Shown: positions 1 through 8,898 of the stretch, in pieces
Numbering within the stretch: the stretch's first letter is position 1
Layout of the letters: the number at the start of each line of letters is the position of its first letter
Source: Thermoplasmatota archaeon
GTDB taxonomy: Archaea; Thermoplasmatota; Penumbrarchaeia; Penumbrarchaeales; Penumbrarchaeaceae
Assembly (NCBI GenBank): GCA_965234725.1
Contig: CBDDUX010000034.1
Span: 1-43,455 of the forward strand
Length of the DNA: 43,455 bases
Reading direction: 5' to 3'
The notes under the pieces: model-generated
Database searches by the model: none
What the model was told of the DNA's origin: nothing
The model's input: only the letters and a program-made list of their open reading frames with translations
Translations under genes and position numbers: made by a program

Positions 1-2
1 AA

Positions 3-1580
3 TTCTCAAAAGATGTGTATGAAAATGATTCCCTGATTGTATGGGATGACTATCCACTATCTGTAAATCATCAAAATAAGAGGATACCTCCATTATACGA
101 GGATGATCCCACTTTTCTGTTGGATTTGAACCATTTGGACGAAGGGCCGATAATCGATCCTGAAAATGATATCTCCGATATCAAGATAATGAATGTCACA
201 TCAGGAGAATGGGATAAAAGTTACGACGATGATCTAGTGCATATAGATGTTCTGAATAATGGAGCAGGATCATGGTATCTGGCCATTACACCGAAACCCG
301 GGCAGAATGGGAAGGCGAATATTACTTTATATGCAGAAGATGATCATTCATCAATTGAACTTTCAACCTTCATTGAGGTCTTACCGATAAACGATCCTCC
401 GATTGTCAGGTACCTCAAGGTCGAAGAGAAAGAGTTACCCGTGGAAATAAGCCCGGATGGATATTTCATAGATATCAGCGAGGACGTTACGATACTTGAA
501 GATAAAGAGTATGAAATCATAGTAATTACCGATGATCCCGAGGGCGATCTTTCCAGTATTACATTTGAGAAGGAGAGGGGCAGATCGGATGATTGGCACG
601 GTATATTTGCGGTTGATGAAAATAGTGGTAACATAGTATTAACCCCGGATAATGATGATGTGATTGCACAAAATTCGCTAATGGTAGTATCTGTAAATGA
701 CGGAGAACTTGGTGGAAAGATATATCTTGAGATATTGGTGAAAATCACTAATACGAATGATGAGCCTGAGATCGAGATCCCAAATGATATCTCACCGATT
801 TTTAGTCAGTTCGAAGATATTGTCATAATGCCCTCTTTCTCAGATATCGATCCTGGGGAGATATTAACATTGGATGTGAACATGGATCAAAATATTGGTG
901 AATATAACCCAATAACAGATGTACTTTCGGAAGCTGAATTGAGAGATGGTTATGATTGGATCTTCAGCCCTGTGACAGGGGAGCTGATATTCAGATTAAA
1001 TAACCAGAACATTTGGAAACAGGTAGGAGCCATGAAGGATCAGGTTGTCATAACCCTGGCCTTCAAGGTTTCCGATTCAGCTGGCGATTCGGATGTTGCT
1101 ACGGTGGAGCTGACATTGAGAGATGTAAATGAGCCACCACCGCTTCCTGATATGTTTGATTACACGATAATTGATGATGATCCAGATGAACCGGGTTTAC
1201 AGGGATTGACTGTTGCTTTTTCGGCTATTGAAGCAACTGATCCCGATATGGATGAAGTGATATACAGTTGGGATTTCGGGGACGGTCAGACCGAATTGGG
1301 AATTCAGGTAAACCATACGTATACGAGTGAAGGAACCAAGACGGTCATTCTCAAGGTATCCGATGGGGAGTATATAACTGAACCCAGAAAAGCTGTTATC
1401 AGCCTGGTACAGGCAACTCCAGCACCTCAACCATCACCGGATAAAGGTTCCGAGGATGATTCCAACATATTACTTTACATTTTATCAGGACTGATTCTCA
1501 TTATCTTACTGGTTATCATCATTATGTTCATCCTTTTAATGAAGAAACCTGTAATCAAGGAAGAACAAAGGGAGGAGTAG
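3..1580 (+). CDS. Surface protein with cadherin-like Ig repeats, PKD domain and C-terminal TM anchor (5'-partial)
   Basis: Frame is open back to the window edge (ttc tca aaa gat gtg). Cadherin-type linkers INDPP, TNDEP, VNEPP; PKD motif YSWDFGDG...HTY; hydrophobic helix ILLYILSGLILIILLVIIIMFILLM followed by KK. Confidence 0.85.
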   Translation, partial: FSKDVYENDSLIVWDDYPLSVNHQNKRIPPLYEDDPTFLLDLNHLDEGPIIDPENDISDIKIMNVTSGEWDKSYDDDLVHIDVLNNGAGSWYLAITPKPGQNGKANITLYAEDDHSSIELSTFIEVLPINDPPIVRYLKVEEKELPVEISPDGYFIDISEDVTILEDKEYEIIVITDDPEGDLSSITFEKERGRSDDWHGIFAVDENSGNIVLTPDNDDVIAQNSLMVVSVNDGELGGKIYLEILVKITNTNDEPEIEIPNDISPIFSQFEDIVIMPSFSDIDPGEILTLDVNMDQNIGEYNPITDVLSEAELRDGYDWIFSPVTGELIFRLNNQNIWKQVGAMKDQVVITLAFKVSDSAGDSDVATVELTLRDVNEPPPLPDMFDYTIIDDDPDEPGLQGLTVAFSAIEATDPDMDEVIYSWDFGDGQTELGIQVNHTYTSEGTKTVILKVSDGEYITEPRKAVISLVQATPAPQPSPDKGSEDDSNILLYILSGLILIILLVIIIMFILLMKKPVIKEEQREE

Positions 1581-1584
1581 AGAA

Positions 1585-4500
1585 ATGATGTGGTGTAGGC
1601 GTGCCCTGGCATTTGCACTGATCTTAAGTGTCATGACGCAAGTTTCGATACACCTCCCAATTCCATCTCAAGAGTTTAGTGATTTCAACCTCTTCGGTCA
1701 TGTAGATGCTTTATTCGAAGAAGGGGATGGCACCGAATCAAATCCCTATCAAATTTCCAACATAACACAGTTGCAGGATATCAGGAAGGATCTGAACGCC
1801 AACTACTCCATAATCAATCATATAAATGCGTCTGAAACATTGAACTGGAATGACGGAAAGGGATTCGAACCGATAGGTGATTATAATAATTCCTTTTCCG
1901 GGACTCTGGATGGAGGCGGATACAACATCAGTTCCTTGTATATCTATAGAAAAGACCTAACTCGCGTTGGTCTGATAGGATATTCCAAAGATGCAATACT
2001 TTCGAATATATCATTGTTTGATGTTGAAATCTATGCAGGTAATCGTGTTGGTGCACTTGTAGGTTCAGCCGAAGATACGGAGATATCAAACTGTTCCTCG
2101 TCGGGAGAGGTGGAAACCAACGCAAATGCAACTGGAGGATTGGTTGGGATTTGTAGTGGTAATATTTCACACTGTTCTTCCATATGCACGGTTAGAGGTG
2201 GACTTATGAGTACTGGTGGATTGGTGGGAACAAACTTGGGTTTGATCCAGAACTGTCATTCTGCTTCGGAGGTATATGGAATTCTTGTAGTAGGTGGATT
2301 GGTTGGAGGAAATGCTGGTTCAATTCAGGACTCAGATTCGATAAATGAGGTGTCTGGAAGAAGAAGTGTTGGTGGACTGGTTGGTGAGAACCATGGTTTT
2401 ATCTGGGACTGTCATTCGTCATCAAATATTAAGGAGGAAGCTCTTCAAGTTGGTGGATTGGTTGGAACAAATGTAGGAGAGATAACAAACTGTTTTGCAA
2501 CAGGAGTTGCCAATGGCTTATATAGTGTCGGTGGTCTTGTTGGTTTCCATTTTTCTGGCAGTATTAATGACTGCTATTCTGAAGGGAACGTCGAAGGTGA
2601 AGATAATATTGGTGGTCTGGTTGGATGGACTAATGGTGTCGTTTTAAATTGTTTTTCAACAGGAGATGTTAGAGGCTATAATTCTATCGGTGGATTTGTT
2701 GGATATATAAATACCAGTGGAAATGTATCGAAATGCTATGCAAAAGGAGACGTGAATTGCCAGGTAGGAGGGGGTTTTGCAGGACAAATTCTGGGTGATT
2801 GTTCGAATTGTTGCTCCCTGGGAGATGTCATTTGTAATCACAAGATCGCAGAATTTATTTATCTTGGTGGATTTACTATGGTGGCATATGGTGGAAAAGT
2901 TGAGAGATGTTATTCCACTGGTAAAATATTATACAAGGGTGGGATCGAGGAGGGCACCTCTATTGGAGGTTTTTGTAGTTATCCGGTTGACAATATTCAA
3001 GATTGTTTCTGGGATTATGAAAGCTCCGGAATAGATACAAGCGAGGGTGGAACACCTAAAAACACATCGGAAATGATGAAAAAGGAGACCTTTACCGATG
3101 CGAATTGGGACTTTGATGATACTTGGGCGATCCACGAAGGTTCTTCCTATCCATTTTTCCAAGATCAGTATCATTCTCCGATCATTCTATCCGAAGTACC
3201 GGATGCGTTGGAAGACCAATTCTATTCATACCAATTGAATTCCAGTTTGAGCTATATTCCCGGGATTGAGAACACACCTGAATATTTCATGACGACAAAT
3301 ACAAATGCCCATTGGTTGTCGATAACGCCCGATGGACTTCTTAAGGGCATTCCGACCAATGATGATGTGGGCACTTGGTGGGCTAGAATAACAGTGGTGG
3401 ACCAGGCAAGGAACGTCGATCAGAAGAATTTCACATTCGAGGTTGTAAATACCAATGATGATCCGATTATCCTCACAGGATCATTGCCCAATGCTACCGA
3501 AGATATGGATTATAAGGTAAAGATCGAGGCCATGGATATAGACCCTACGGAAGATATCCTTACGTGGGAAATTGTTGAAAAAGAGGCAACATTTTTGACC
3601 CTTGACAACTCAACCGGTATCCTATCAGGAAAACCAGTTGAAAGTGATATTGGGTCGTATACTCTTGAGATCTCACTGACAGATGGAAATGGAGGGATGA
3701 ACTCAGCGTTATATGAATTGATAGTCCTAGATGTCAATGATCCTCCAATTATCATTTCAGACGATTTGATATCTGTTCTGCAAAATGAACTCTACAATGT
3801 TACCTATAGAGTATTTGATGAAGATGATCCTGATGATTTCGAATGGTATCTCCATACAAATGCCAATTGGTTATCGATGATTAATGATACAGGTAGATTG
3901 TCCGGAATTCCCGGCAATGATGATATCGGTCATTTCTTTGTCAACATTACAGTTGAGGACATAAGAGGTGGCAGGACCAATCATAATTTCTCACTAGAAG
4001 TGGTGGATGTCAATGATCCTCCCATCTGGATAAATGTATCAGAAGATGTGGAGGTCCAAAGAGGAGAATTGTTCACATTCGAGTTTGAAGCGGAAGATAT
4101 CGATGATCCGGAGTTATTTGAATGGTCACTGAATACCAACGCAGAATGGTTGAGATTGATATCAGGTACAGGGAAAATGACCGGTATACCAAAAGATGAT
4201 GATGTGGGTTCTTTCTTCGCTAACATATCTGTTGAGGATGTGAGAGGAGGCTGGTCCACTTACAATTTCACCTTAACCGTGAAGAATGAAAATGATCCTC
4301 CCGTATGGACAAATATTCCCGTTGACGAGGCAATTGAGGAGAGGTTCCAATACACATTTGATGTTGATGCTTTCGATATGGATGAGGACACATTGATATA
4401 TGGAATATCTTCCAATCCAGAGACTGGTATTACCATAGATGAGAACACTGGAGTTATCACCTGGACTGCGACTTTGGAACAATTCACTCCGCCTTTGAAT

Positions 4501-5298
4501 GTGTTGTATGTTTCTCTCAATGTTTCAGATGGATATCATGTTATGTACCGGAATTTCACTATTTCGGTCATCAAGAATTCAACTGTCCAGCCTGTGAATT
4601 CGGATTCCAATTCTACGGCCGGGGATGAGAATTCATCTGTTGATCCTGCTTTGATTCTGATGTCTGTACTCTTGATTGTAATCATTGTAGTTGCAATTTT
4701 ATTGGTTGTTCTTGTCAGAAAGAAGTATAGAAGATCTGCACAGGTTCCCCTTTCTACAGGTAAACCGGTAGAAATCGCTCCAGAGACCGGCAGTAAGATT
4801 TTCATCAGCTATGCCAAGAACAATAGTGAGACTGCTTTCAAGATATGTGATATTCTTGAAAGTAGCGGTTTTAAATGCTGGATAGCTCCAAGAGATATTC
4901 TCCCCGGAGAAACCTGGGGAAAGGCGATCATAAGCGGTATCAATAGCTGCAGGCTCATGATAATGGTGTTCTCCGAAGATTCGAATCAATCAGTTCAGGT
5001 GTTGAGAGAGATCGAAAGAGCTGTACATAAGAAGATCCCGATCATCATTTTCAGGATCTCTGACATCGAACCTTCAGAGGAATTCGAATATTATGTAAGT
5101 GCTGTTCACTGGCTTGATGCTGTATCTGAACCGGTTGATCAGCACATGGAAAATCTCAGAGACGTTGTTATAAGATCATTTAAGGTCAGAACCGATGATA
5201 AAAAGGTCCTTGATCAAAAAATACAGAAAGAATTGAAACCTCCCGAAACCAGTGAAGTTGAAGCATTACCTCCCATAAGGGATGAAGTAGAATATTAG
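1585..5298 (+). CDS. Single-pass receptor-like protein: GLUG repeats + cadherin-like repeats + TM + cytoplasmic TIR (TIR_2-like) domain
   Basis: N-terminal signal peptide; GDGTESNPYQI cap and ~12 GGLVG-type repeats; five Ig/cadherin repeats with NDDP/NDPP linkers; TM ~4648-4716 followed by RKKYRR; TIR ~4795-5190 (KIFISYA...CWIAPRDILPGETW...MVFSEDSNQSVQVLREIERA...IPII). Confidence 0.92.
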   Translation: MMWCRRALAFALILSVMTQVSIHLPIPSQEFSDFNLFGHVDALFEEGDGTESNPYQISNITQLQDIRKDLNANYSIINHINASETLNWNDGKGFEPIGDYNNSFSGTLDGGGYNISSLYIYRKDLTRVGLIGYSKDAILSNISLFDVEIYAGNRVGALVGSAEDTEISNCSSSGEVETNANATGGLVGICSGNISHCSSICTVRGGLMSTGGLVGTNLGLIQNCHSASEVYGILVVGGLVGGNAGSIQDSDSINEVSGRRSVGGLVGENHGFIWDCHSSSNIKEEALQVGGLVGTNVGEITNCFATGVANGLYSVGGLVGFHFSGSINDCYSEGNVEGEDNIGGLVGWTNGVVLNCFSTGDVRGYNSIGGFVGYINTSGNVSKCYAKGDVNCQVGGGFAGQILGDCSNCCSLGDVICNHKIAEFIYLGGFTMVAYGGKVERCYSTGKILYKGGIEEGTSIGGFCSYPVDNIQDCFWDYESSGIDTSEGGTPKNTSEMMKKETFTDANWDFDDTWAIHEGSSYPFFQDQYHSPIILSEVPDALEDQFYSYQLNSSLSYIPGIENTPEYFMTTNTNAHWLSITPDGLLKGIPTNDDVGTWWARITVVDQARNVDQKNFTFEVVNTNDDPIILTGSLPNATEDMDYKVKIEAMDIDPTEDILTWEIVEKEATFLTLDNSTGILSGKPVESDIGSYTLEISLTDGNGGMNSALYELIVLDVNDPPIIISDDLISVLQNELYNVTYRVFDEDDPDDFEWYLHTNANWLSMINDTGRLSGIPGNDDIGHFFVNITVEDIRGGRTNHNFSLEVVDVNDPPIWINVSEDVEVQRGELFTFEFEAEDIDDPELFEWSLNTNAEWLRLISGTGKMTGIPKDDDVGSFFANISVEDVRGGWSTYNFTLTVKNENDPPVWTNIPVDEAIEERFQYTFDVDAFDMDEDTLIYGISSNPETGITIDENTGVITWTATLEQFTPPLNVLYVSLNVSDGYHVMYRNFTISVIKNSTVQPVNSDSNSTAGDENSSVDPALILMSVLLIVIIVVAILLVVLVRKKYRRSAQVPLSTGKPVEIAPETGSKIFISYAKNNSETAFKICDILESSGFKCWIAPRDILPGETWGKAIISGINSCRLMIMVFSEDSNQSVQVLREIERAVHKKIPIIIFRISDIEPSEEFEYYVSAVHWLDAVSEPVDQHMENLRDVVIRSFKVRTDDKKVLDQKIQKELKPPETSEVEALPPIRDEVEY
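1965..2975 (+). repeat. GLUG-motif coding repeats (~26-28 aa period)
   Basis: Recurrent GGLVG/GGFVG with I-x-N/D-C-x-S spacers; ggtggattggttgg-like units recur at the DNA level. Confidence 0.85.
3175..4575 (+). repeat. Five tandem cadherin-like/He_PIG Ig modules (~92-95 aa)
   Basis: aatgatcctcc (NDPP) at 3736, 4012 and 4291 (spacing 276 and 279 bp); shared WL...G.L.G.P..DDVG motif. Confidence 0.85.
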
Positions 5299-5375
5299 AG
5301 TTGATCTTTTCAATAAATGTAATAGATTTATTATCATTTATTGTAACATTCTATAGGATAATCATTCGCAATAAT

Positions 5376-5406
5376 AAAAAAAAAGGGGGGGTCCTCAAAA
5401 CCCCCC
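5376..5406 (-). terminator. Hairpin plus U-tract terminator for the minus-strand beta-propeller gene
   Basis: The + strand reads A9-G7-tcctcaaaa-C6, so the - strand has a G/C stem followed by T9, about 20 nt past the stop at 5428. Confidence 0.7.
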
Positions 5407-5427
5407 ACAAAAGATTTCCCTATTATC

Positions 5428-8400
5428 TCAGAGGTCCTTGACTTCGATACCATACATTCCCATGGCAAGGACCAAGAGGTCCTCATCGAGGTCCCCACCG
5501 GATACCCAGCCGTTGCCGAACCAGGTCCCGAGCTCCTTCATGCTGTCTCCTTCAAGAGAGACCACAGTATGTGTCATACCACTGTTGAGGACGATCATCT
5601 CATCCGTTGAGAGAGAGACGTAGGCATTTGTCTCCAGCTGAAGAGATGTCGTTTCTCCGAAAAGGCCCTCTTCGAGGGTGATCAGGATGATCTTGGTCCC
5701 TTCGGGGACTTCCTCTCCACCGGGATATTCATCCTTTGAATCCCCGGAAGGGACCTCATAAGATATTTCACCATCAGTGTCGGATCCTTCCTTGACATCT
5801 TCGCCATCATCAGAGGAGGAAGTATCTTCGTAATCAACATCGTCCTCGAGGTAACCATATCCATAGTAAGGACCCCACCAGTAATCCCAGTTCTGTGAGA
5901 CCACAACAATGGAATCACCGGTGAACCAAGCACTGCTGACGGGACTTCCGACCTCCATGGACTGAAGGAGGACCACGCCATCTCCAGAAAGCCCGTATAT
6001 GATCAACTTGTAGTGGACCTCATCATCATCCCAGTAGGTTGCCTGTGTGTACACCCTCTTGAGGTCCGTACTGACTCCAAGGAAGGACCCAGTGACCTCG
6101 AACCTTCCGGAAACACTCAAAGAACCATCTACATTGGATATCTCCGTGATCCTGGTCGAGGGAGGCCACCATAGCTGGGAAGCAACAAAGATCCGGTCCT
6201 CGTTCCCTGATATGTCCGTGATATAATCGTCTTCACGGTCCAGAACGATCGATGCTATTTCAGATCCTGTCGCACCCCATGACATCACATGGATGGTGGT
6301 CCTTGACCTGTAAACTGAAGAGGAATAGCTGTATTCGGTAAGATACATCGCAACCGATCCATCATCCAGGATCTTCCATCCAAAGGGATCATACCAGATA
6401 GAGATCTCACCGATCTGGCCTTCCTCAACTTTCTCTACCTCTTCAACGTCGCTATCATCATCACGGATGGGTTTCTCATCATAATAGTAATTGTAGGAGT
6501 AGTATGATTCCGGTACCTGGACCTCTGCAGGTCCGTAATGGACAGGGGCAAGCGGATCACTCAGATCATACATGTGGATCTCTGAAACAGGGACCTCCCC
6601 TTCTTCCTGTCTGATACCTTTTAAGAATACCTTCTCACCGAGACGGTCCATCTGGACATATTCCAATCCATCTATCGATATCTCCTTGATCGCAATGTAA
6701 GGAGTATCAGGCTCGGATATACGTATGGTTGCTCCGTCCTCACCATAATAAGGTTCGAGAAGTGTGACGAGCATTCCATCGGAGAAGAACGCATCTGCAA
6801 TGTTGGATGCAAGCTCCACTCTACCCAAAACAACAGGTCCTTCTTCTGCAATGTCCACCGTCATGACCATTCTCTGGGACATCGTGACAACTGCGTCGTT
6901 GATCCACCTGGTCCGCAGAACGCTGTCATCTGCCACAATGGAACCTATCTCTTCGAGCGTTCCCTCATCCAGATCGAAAGAGACGACCTGGACCCCGTGA
7001 ACATCGCCATTATATGTCCTCCAGTTGTAAGAATCGAAGGGGATCAGGACCAGACCCTGGTCCTCGAGGATGGTCAGGGCTTTGGGATCGTAGTTCGCGG
7101 ATGAATATGTGTATCCTTCTCCGATGGTGATCCTGTCATCCAGTACCGCGTTGTATGGGTCCGTCACATCGAAAAGAGAAAGAGCCACCTTCCATCCATC
7201 ATCTGAGGTATCATCCACTCCAACAGCGATGATGTCCTTCCCGATGACCTCCATATGTTCTACCCAACCGGGAAGTTCCAGTACATCGGTCAGCTTCGGA
7301 TCCATGGGGTTCGAAAGGTCTATGACATCAAGAGGATCAATGGTCCTCGGAAGATGTATGGTATAGGCCCTGTCACCTGCAAATCTAGTAGCCATCAGAT
7401 TGCCGGAATCATCGATGAGTAGAGATGAGACCTTCTTCAGATCGTCAGGGTTCCTTGCATCGATCACATAAAGGGTGGACATAGGCAGGTCCTCCCACCG
7501 GTTGTCTGAAGGCCATTTCTGTGTTACTACCCTGAAGGTTCCTTTGTAGTGGTCCATCTGATATCTGTCCATCAGAAGACCGGGAACGGTTACCTGCCCC
7601 CTTATGTTGATATCGCCCTTGGGGTCTGAGATGTCCACATAAGTGAATGTTGTCTTCGGATTGCTGTAGTCGTTATTGAGTTGAGGAATGTAGATCGCAA
7701 AAGATGATGCATAGACCAGTCCTGCATTCCCATCGATCGTTACTTTGTCCCTCTGGCCTATCTCAGATGGATCGTAGAAACCAAAGGATGTGACATGGGT
7801 TTTCGGCCCTTCATCGACTTTCTCCTCTTCGGTATAGACCATATCGACCCCATCATCCATTACCTCTCTTTCCATCATTGGCATATCGCCGTAGTAATAG
7901 TAGGACCCGTACTCGTTGGAAATGATGTATATCACCTCTCCAACCCTTCTGCTGTCCACAGGATATCCCTCAAGCTCCACCATCTTGACTATTCTGGGAG
8001 CCGAGTTGTCTAAAAGATCGATGACATACATCATACCGGAGTACTCTCCGGTCCCATCAAGTGTCGGGGCTCCGGAAACAATGACGAAACCCAGGAAATC
8101 CACAACATACATCGAGATCGGATATCCGAGGACCTGGACCGATCCTTCGACAAAGGGGGCTTCAGGGTCCTCCAGGTTTACCACCATCAATCCCCTGAAA
8201 CTGTTCAGAACATAGAGTCTGTCTCCAACTGCCTTCACAATATCGGACTCCTCCACCTCTCTTTCATCCCCGGAACCTTCGGCTCCGTCGTCCAGGGACA
8301 TATCGTCATCATCGGAATTCTTGGAGGCAGGGTCCTGGGGAGCACCTGAACCGTCATCCGACCTGTCATAGGAGTCCTGGTCGGATTCCTTGTATTCTAC

Positions 8401-8730
8401 TCCCGAATCATTCAGACTTGGGAGGTTATCATCGATGTTAGGGACCTCACTTCTTATACTGGATGAAGGTCCATCGAATTCGAACTCAATGGTAGGTGCT
8501 GATGAGAGATACTGCTCCCAGGCTTCCTTCGATCCGGTATCCATCGACATATCACCAGTGGGTGAACCCGTTTCATCGATGTATCTGACATCCTGACCAT
8601 CATCATTTTGAAAGGATATTATCAGGGCTGCGGCTGGAACAATGACCAGCAGGGCAGCTGAAATTATGATCAATAATTTAAGGAGTCTTTCGTTCCCTCC
8701 TTGATCAATATTGCTACTTCGATATCTCAT
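5428..8730 (-). CDS. Membrane-anchored Beta_propel (COG4880-like) beta-propeller protein
   Basis: N-terminal TM, acidic linker, signature EVEESDIVKAVGDRLY, RYQMDHYKGTFRVVT, ATRFAGDRAY, DPLDVIDLSNP, KVALSLFDVTDP. Start placed at ATG 8730 because AAGGAGGT lies just upstream (the ORF track starts at 8754). Confidence 0.88.
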   Translation of the reverse strand: MRYRSSNIDQGGNERLLKLLIIISAALLVIVPAAALIISFQNDDGQDVRYIDETGSPTGDMSMDTGSKEAWEQYLSSAPTIEFEFDGPSSSIRSEVPNIDDNLPSLNDSGVEYKESDQDSYDRSDDGSGAPQDPASKNSDDDDMSLDDGAEGSGDEREVEESDIVKAVGDRLYVLNSFRGLMVVNLEDPEAPFVEGSVQVLGYPISMYVVDFLGFVIVSGAPTLDGTGEYSGMMYVIDLLDNSAPRIVKMVELEGYPVDSRRVGEVIYIISNEYGSYYYYGDMPMMEREVMDDGVDMVYTEEEKVDEGPKTHVTSFGFYDPSEIGQRDKVTIDGNAGLVYASSFAIYIPQLNNDYSNPKTTFTYVDISDPKGDINIRGQVTVPGLLMDRYQMDHYKGTFRVVTQKWPSDNRWEDLPMSTLYVIDARNPDDLKKVSSLLIDDSGNLMATRFAGDRAYTIHLPRTIDPLDVIDLSNPMDPKLTDVLELPGWVEHMEVIGKDIIAVGVDDTSDDGWKVALSLFDVTDPYNAVLDDRITIGEGYTYSSANYDPKALTILEDQGLVLIPFDSYNWRTYNGDVHGVQVVSFDLDEGTLEEIGSIVADDSVLRTRWINDAVVTMSQRMVMTVDIAEEGPVVLGRVELASNIADAFFSDGMLVTLLEPYYGEDGATIRISEPDTPYIAIKEISIDGLEYVQMDRLGEKVFLKGIRQEEGEVPVSEIHMYDLSDPLAPVHYGPAEVQVPESYYSYNYYYDEKPIRDDDSDVEEVEKVEEGQIGEISIWYDPFGWKILDDGSVAMYLTEYSYSSSVYRSRTTIHVMSWGATGSEIASIVLDREDDYITDISGNEDRIFVASQLWWPPSTRITEISNVDGSLSVSGRFEVTGSFLGVSTDLKRVYTQATYWDDDEVHYKLIIYGLSGDGVVLLQSMEVGSPVSSAWFTGDSIVVVSQNWDYWWGPYYGYGYLEDDVDYEDTSSSDDGEDVKEGSDTDGEISYEVPSGDSKDEYPGGEEVPEGTKIILITLEEGLFGETTSLQLETNAYVSLSTDEMIVLNSGMTHTVVSLEGDSMKELGTWFGNGWVSGGDLDEDLLVLAMGMYGIEVKDL

Positions 8731-8784
8731 ATTATTACCTCCTTGGTGAACCATTCACCCCTTCAGGTACAACATGTATTCCCT

Positions 8785-8880
8785 TGCTGCTTATTTATAC
8801 CGGCTGGAACAACATTCGGACTTGAGTTGAATATCATAAGATTTTAAGTATGGAGGACCATAAACCTTATAAGTTCATCC
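8785..8880. promoter_or_regulatory. Divergent promoter region with TATA-like boxes
   Basis: + strand TTTTAAGTA (~8842) and CTTATAAG (~8866, ~30 nt before ATG 8899); - strand TATAAAATAA (~8799-8790). Confidence 0.5.
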
Positions 8881-8898
8881 GAACTGGTAGAATGCGTC

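Noticed and set aside
1965-4575. Repeats as diversity-generating retroelement TR/VR
   Set aside because: No reverse transcriptase and no near-identical pair differing only at adenines was seen.
4795-5298. TIR as part of a Thoeris, CBASS or pAgo operon
   Set aside because: No ThsA, cyclase, STING or Argonaute gene in the window; the TIR is fused to a surface receptor instead.
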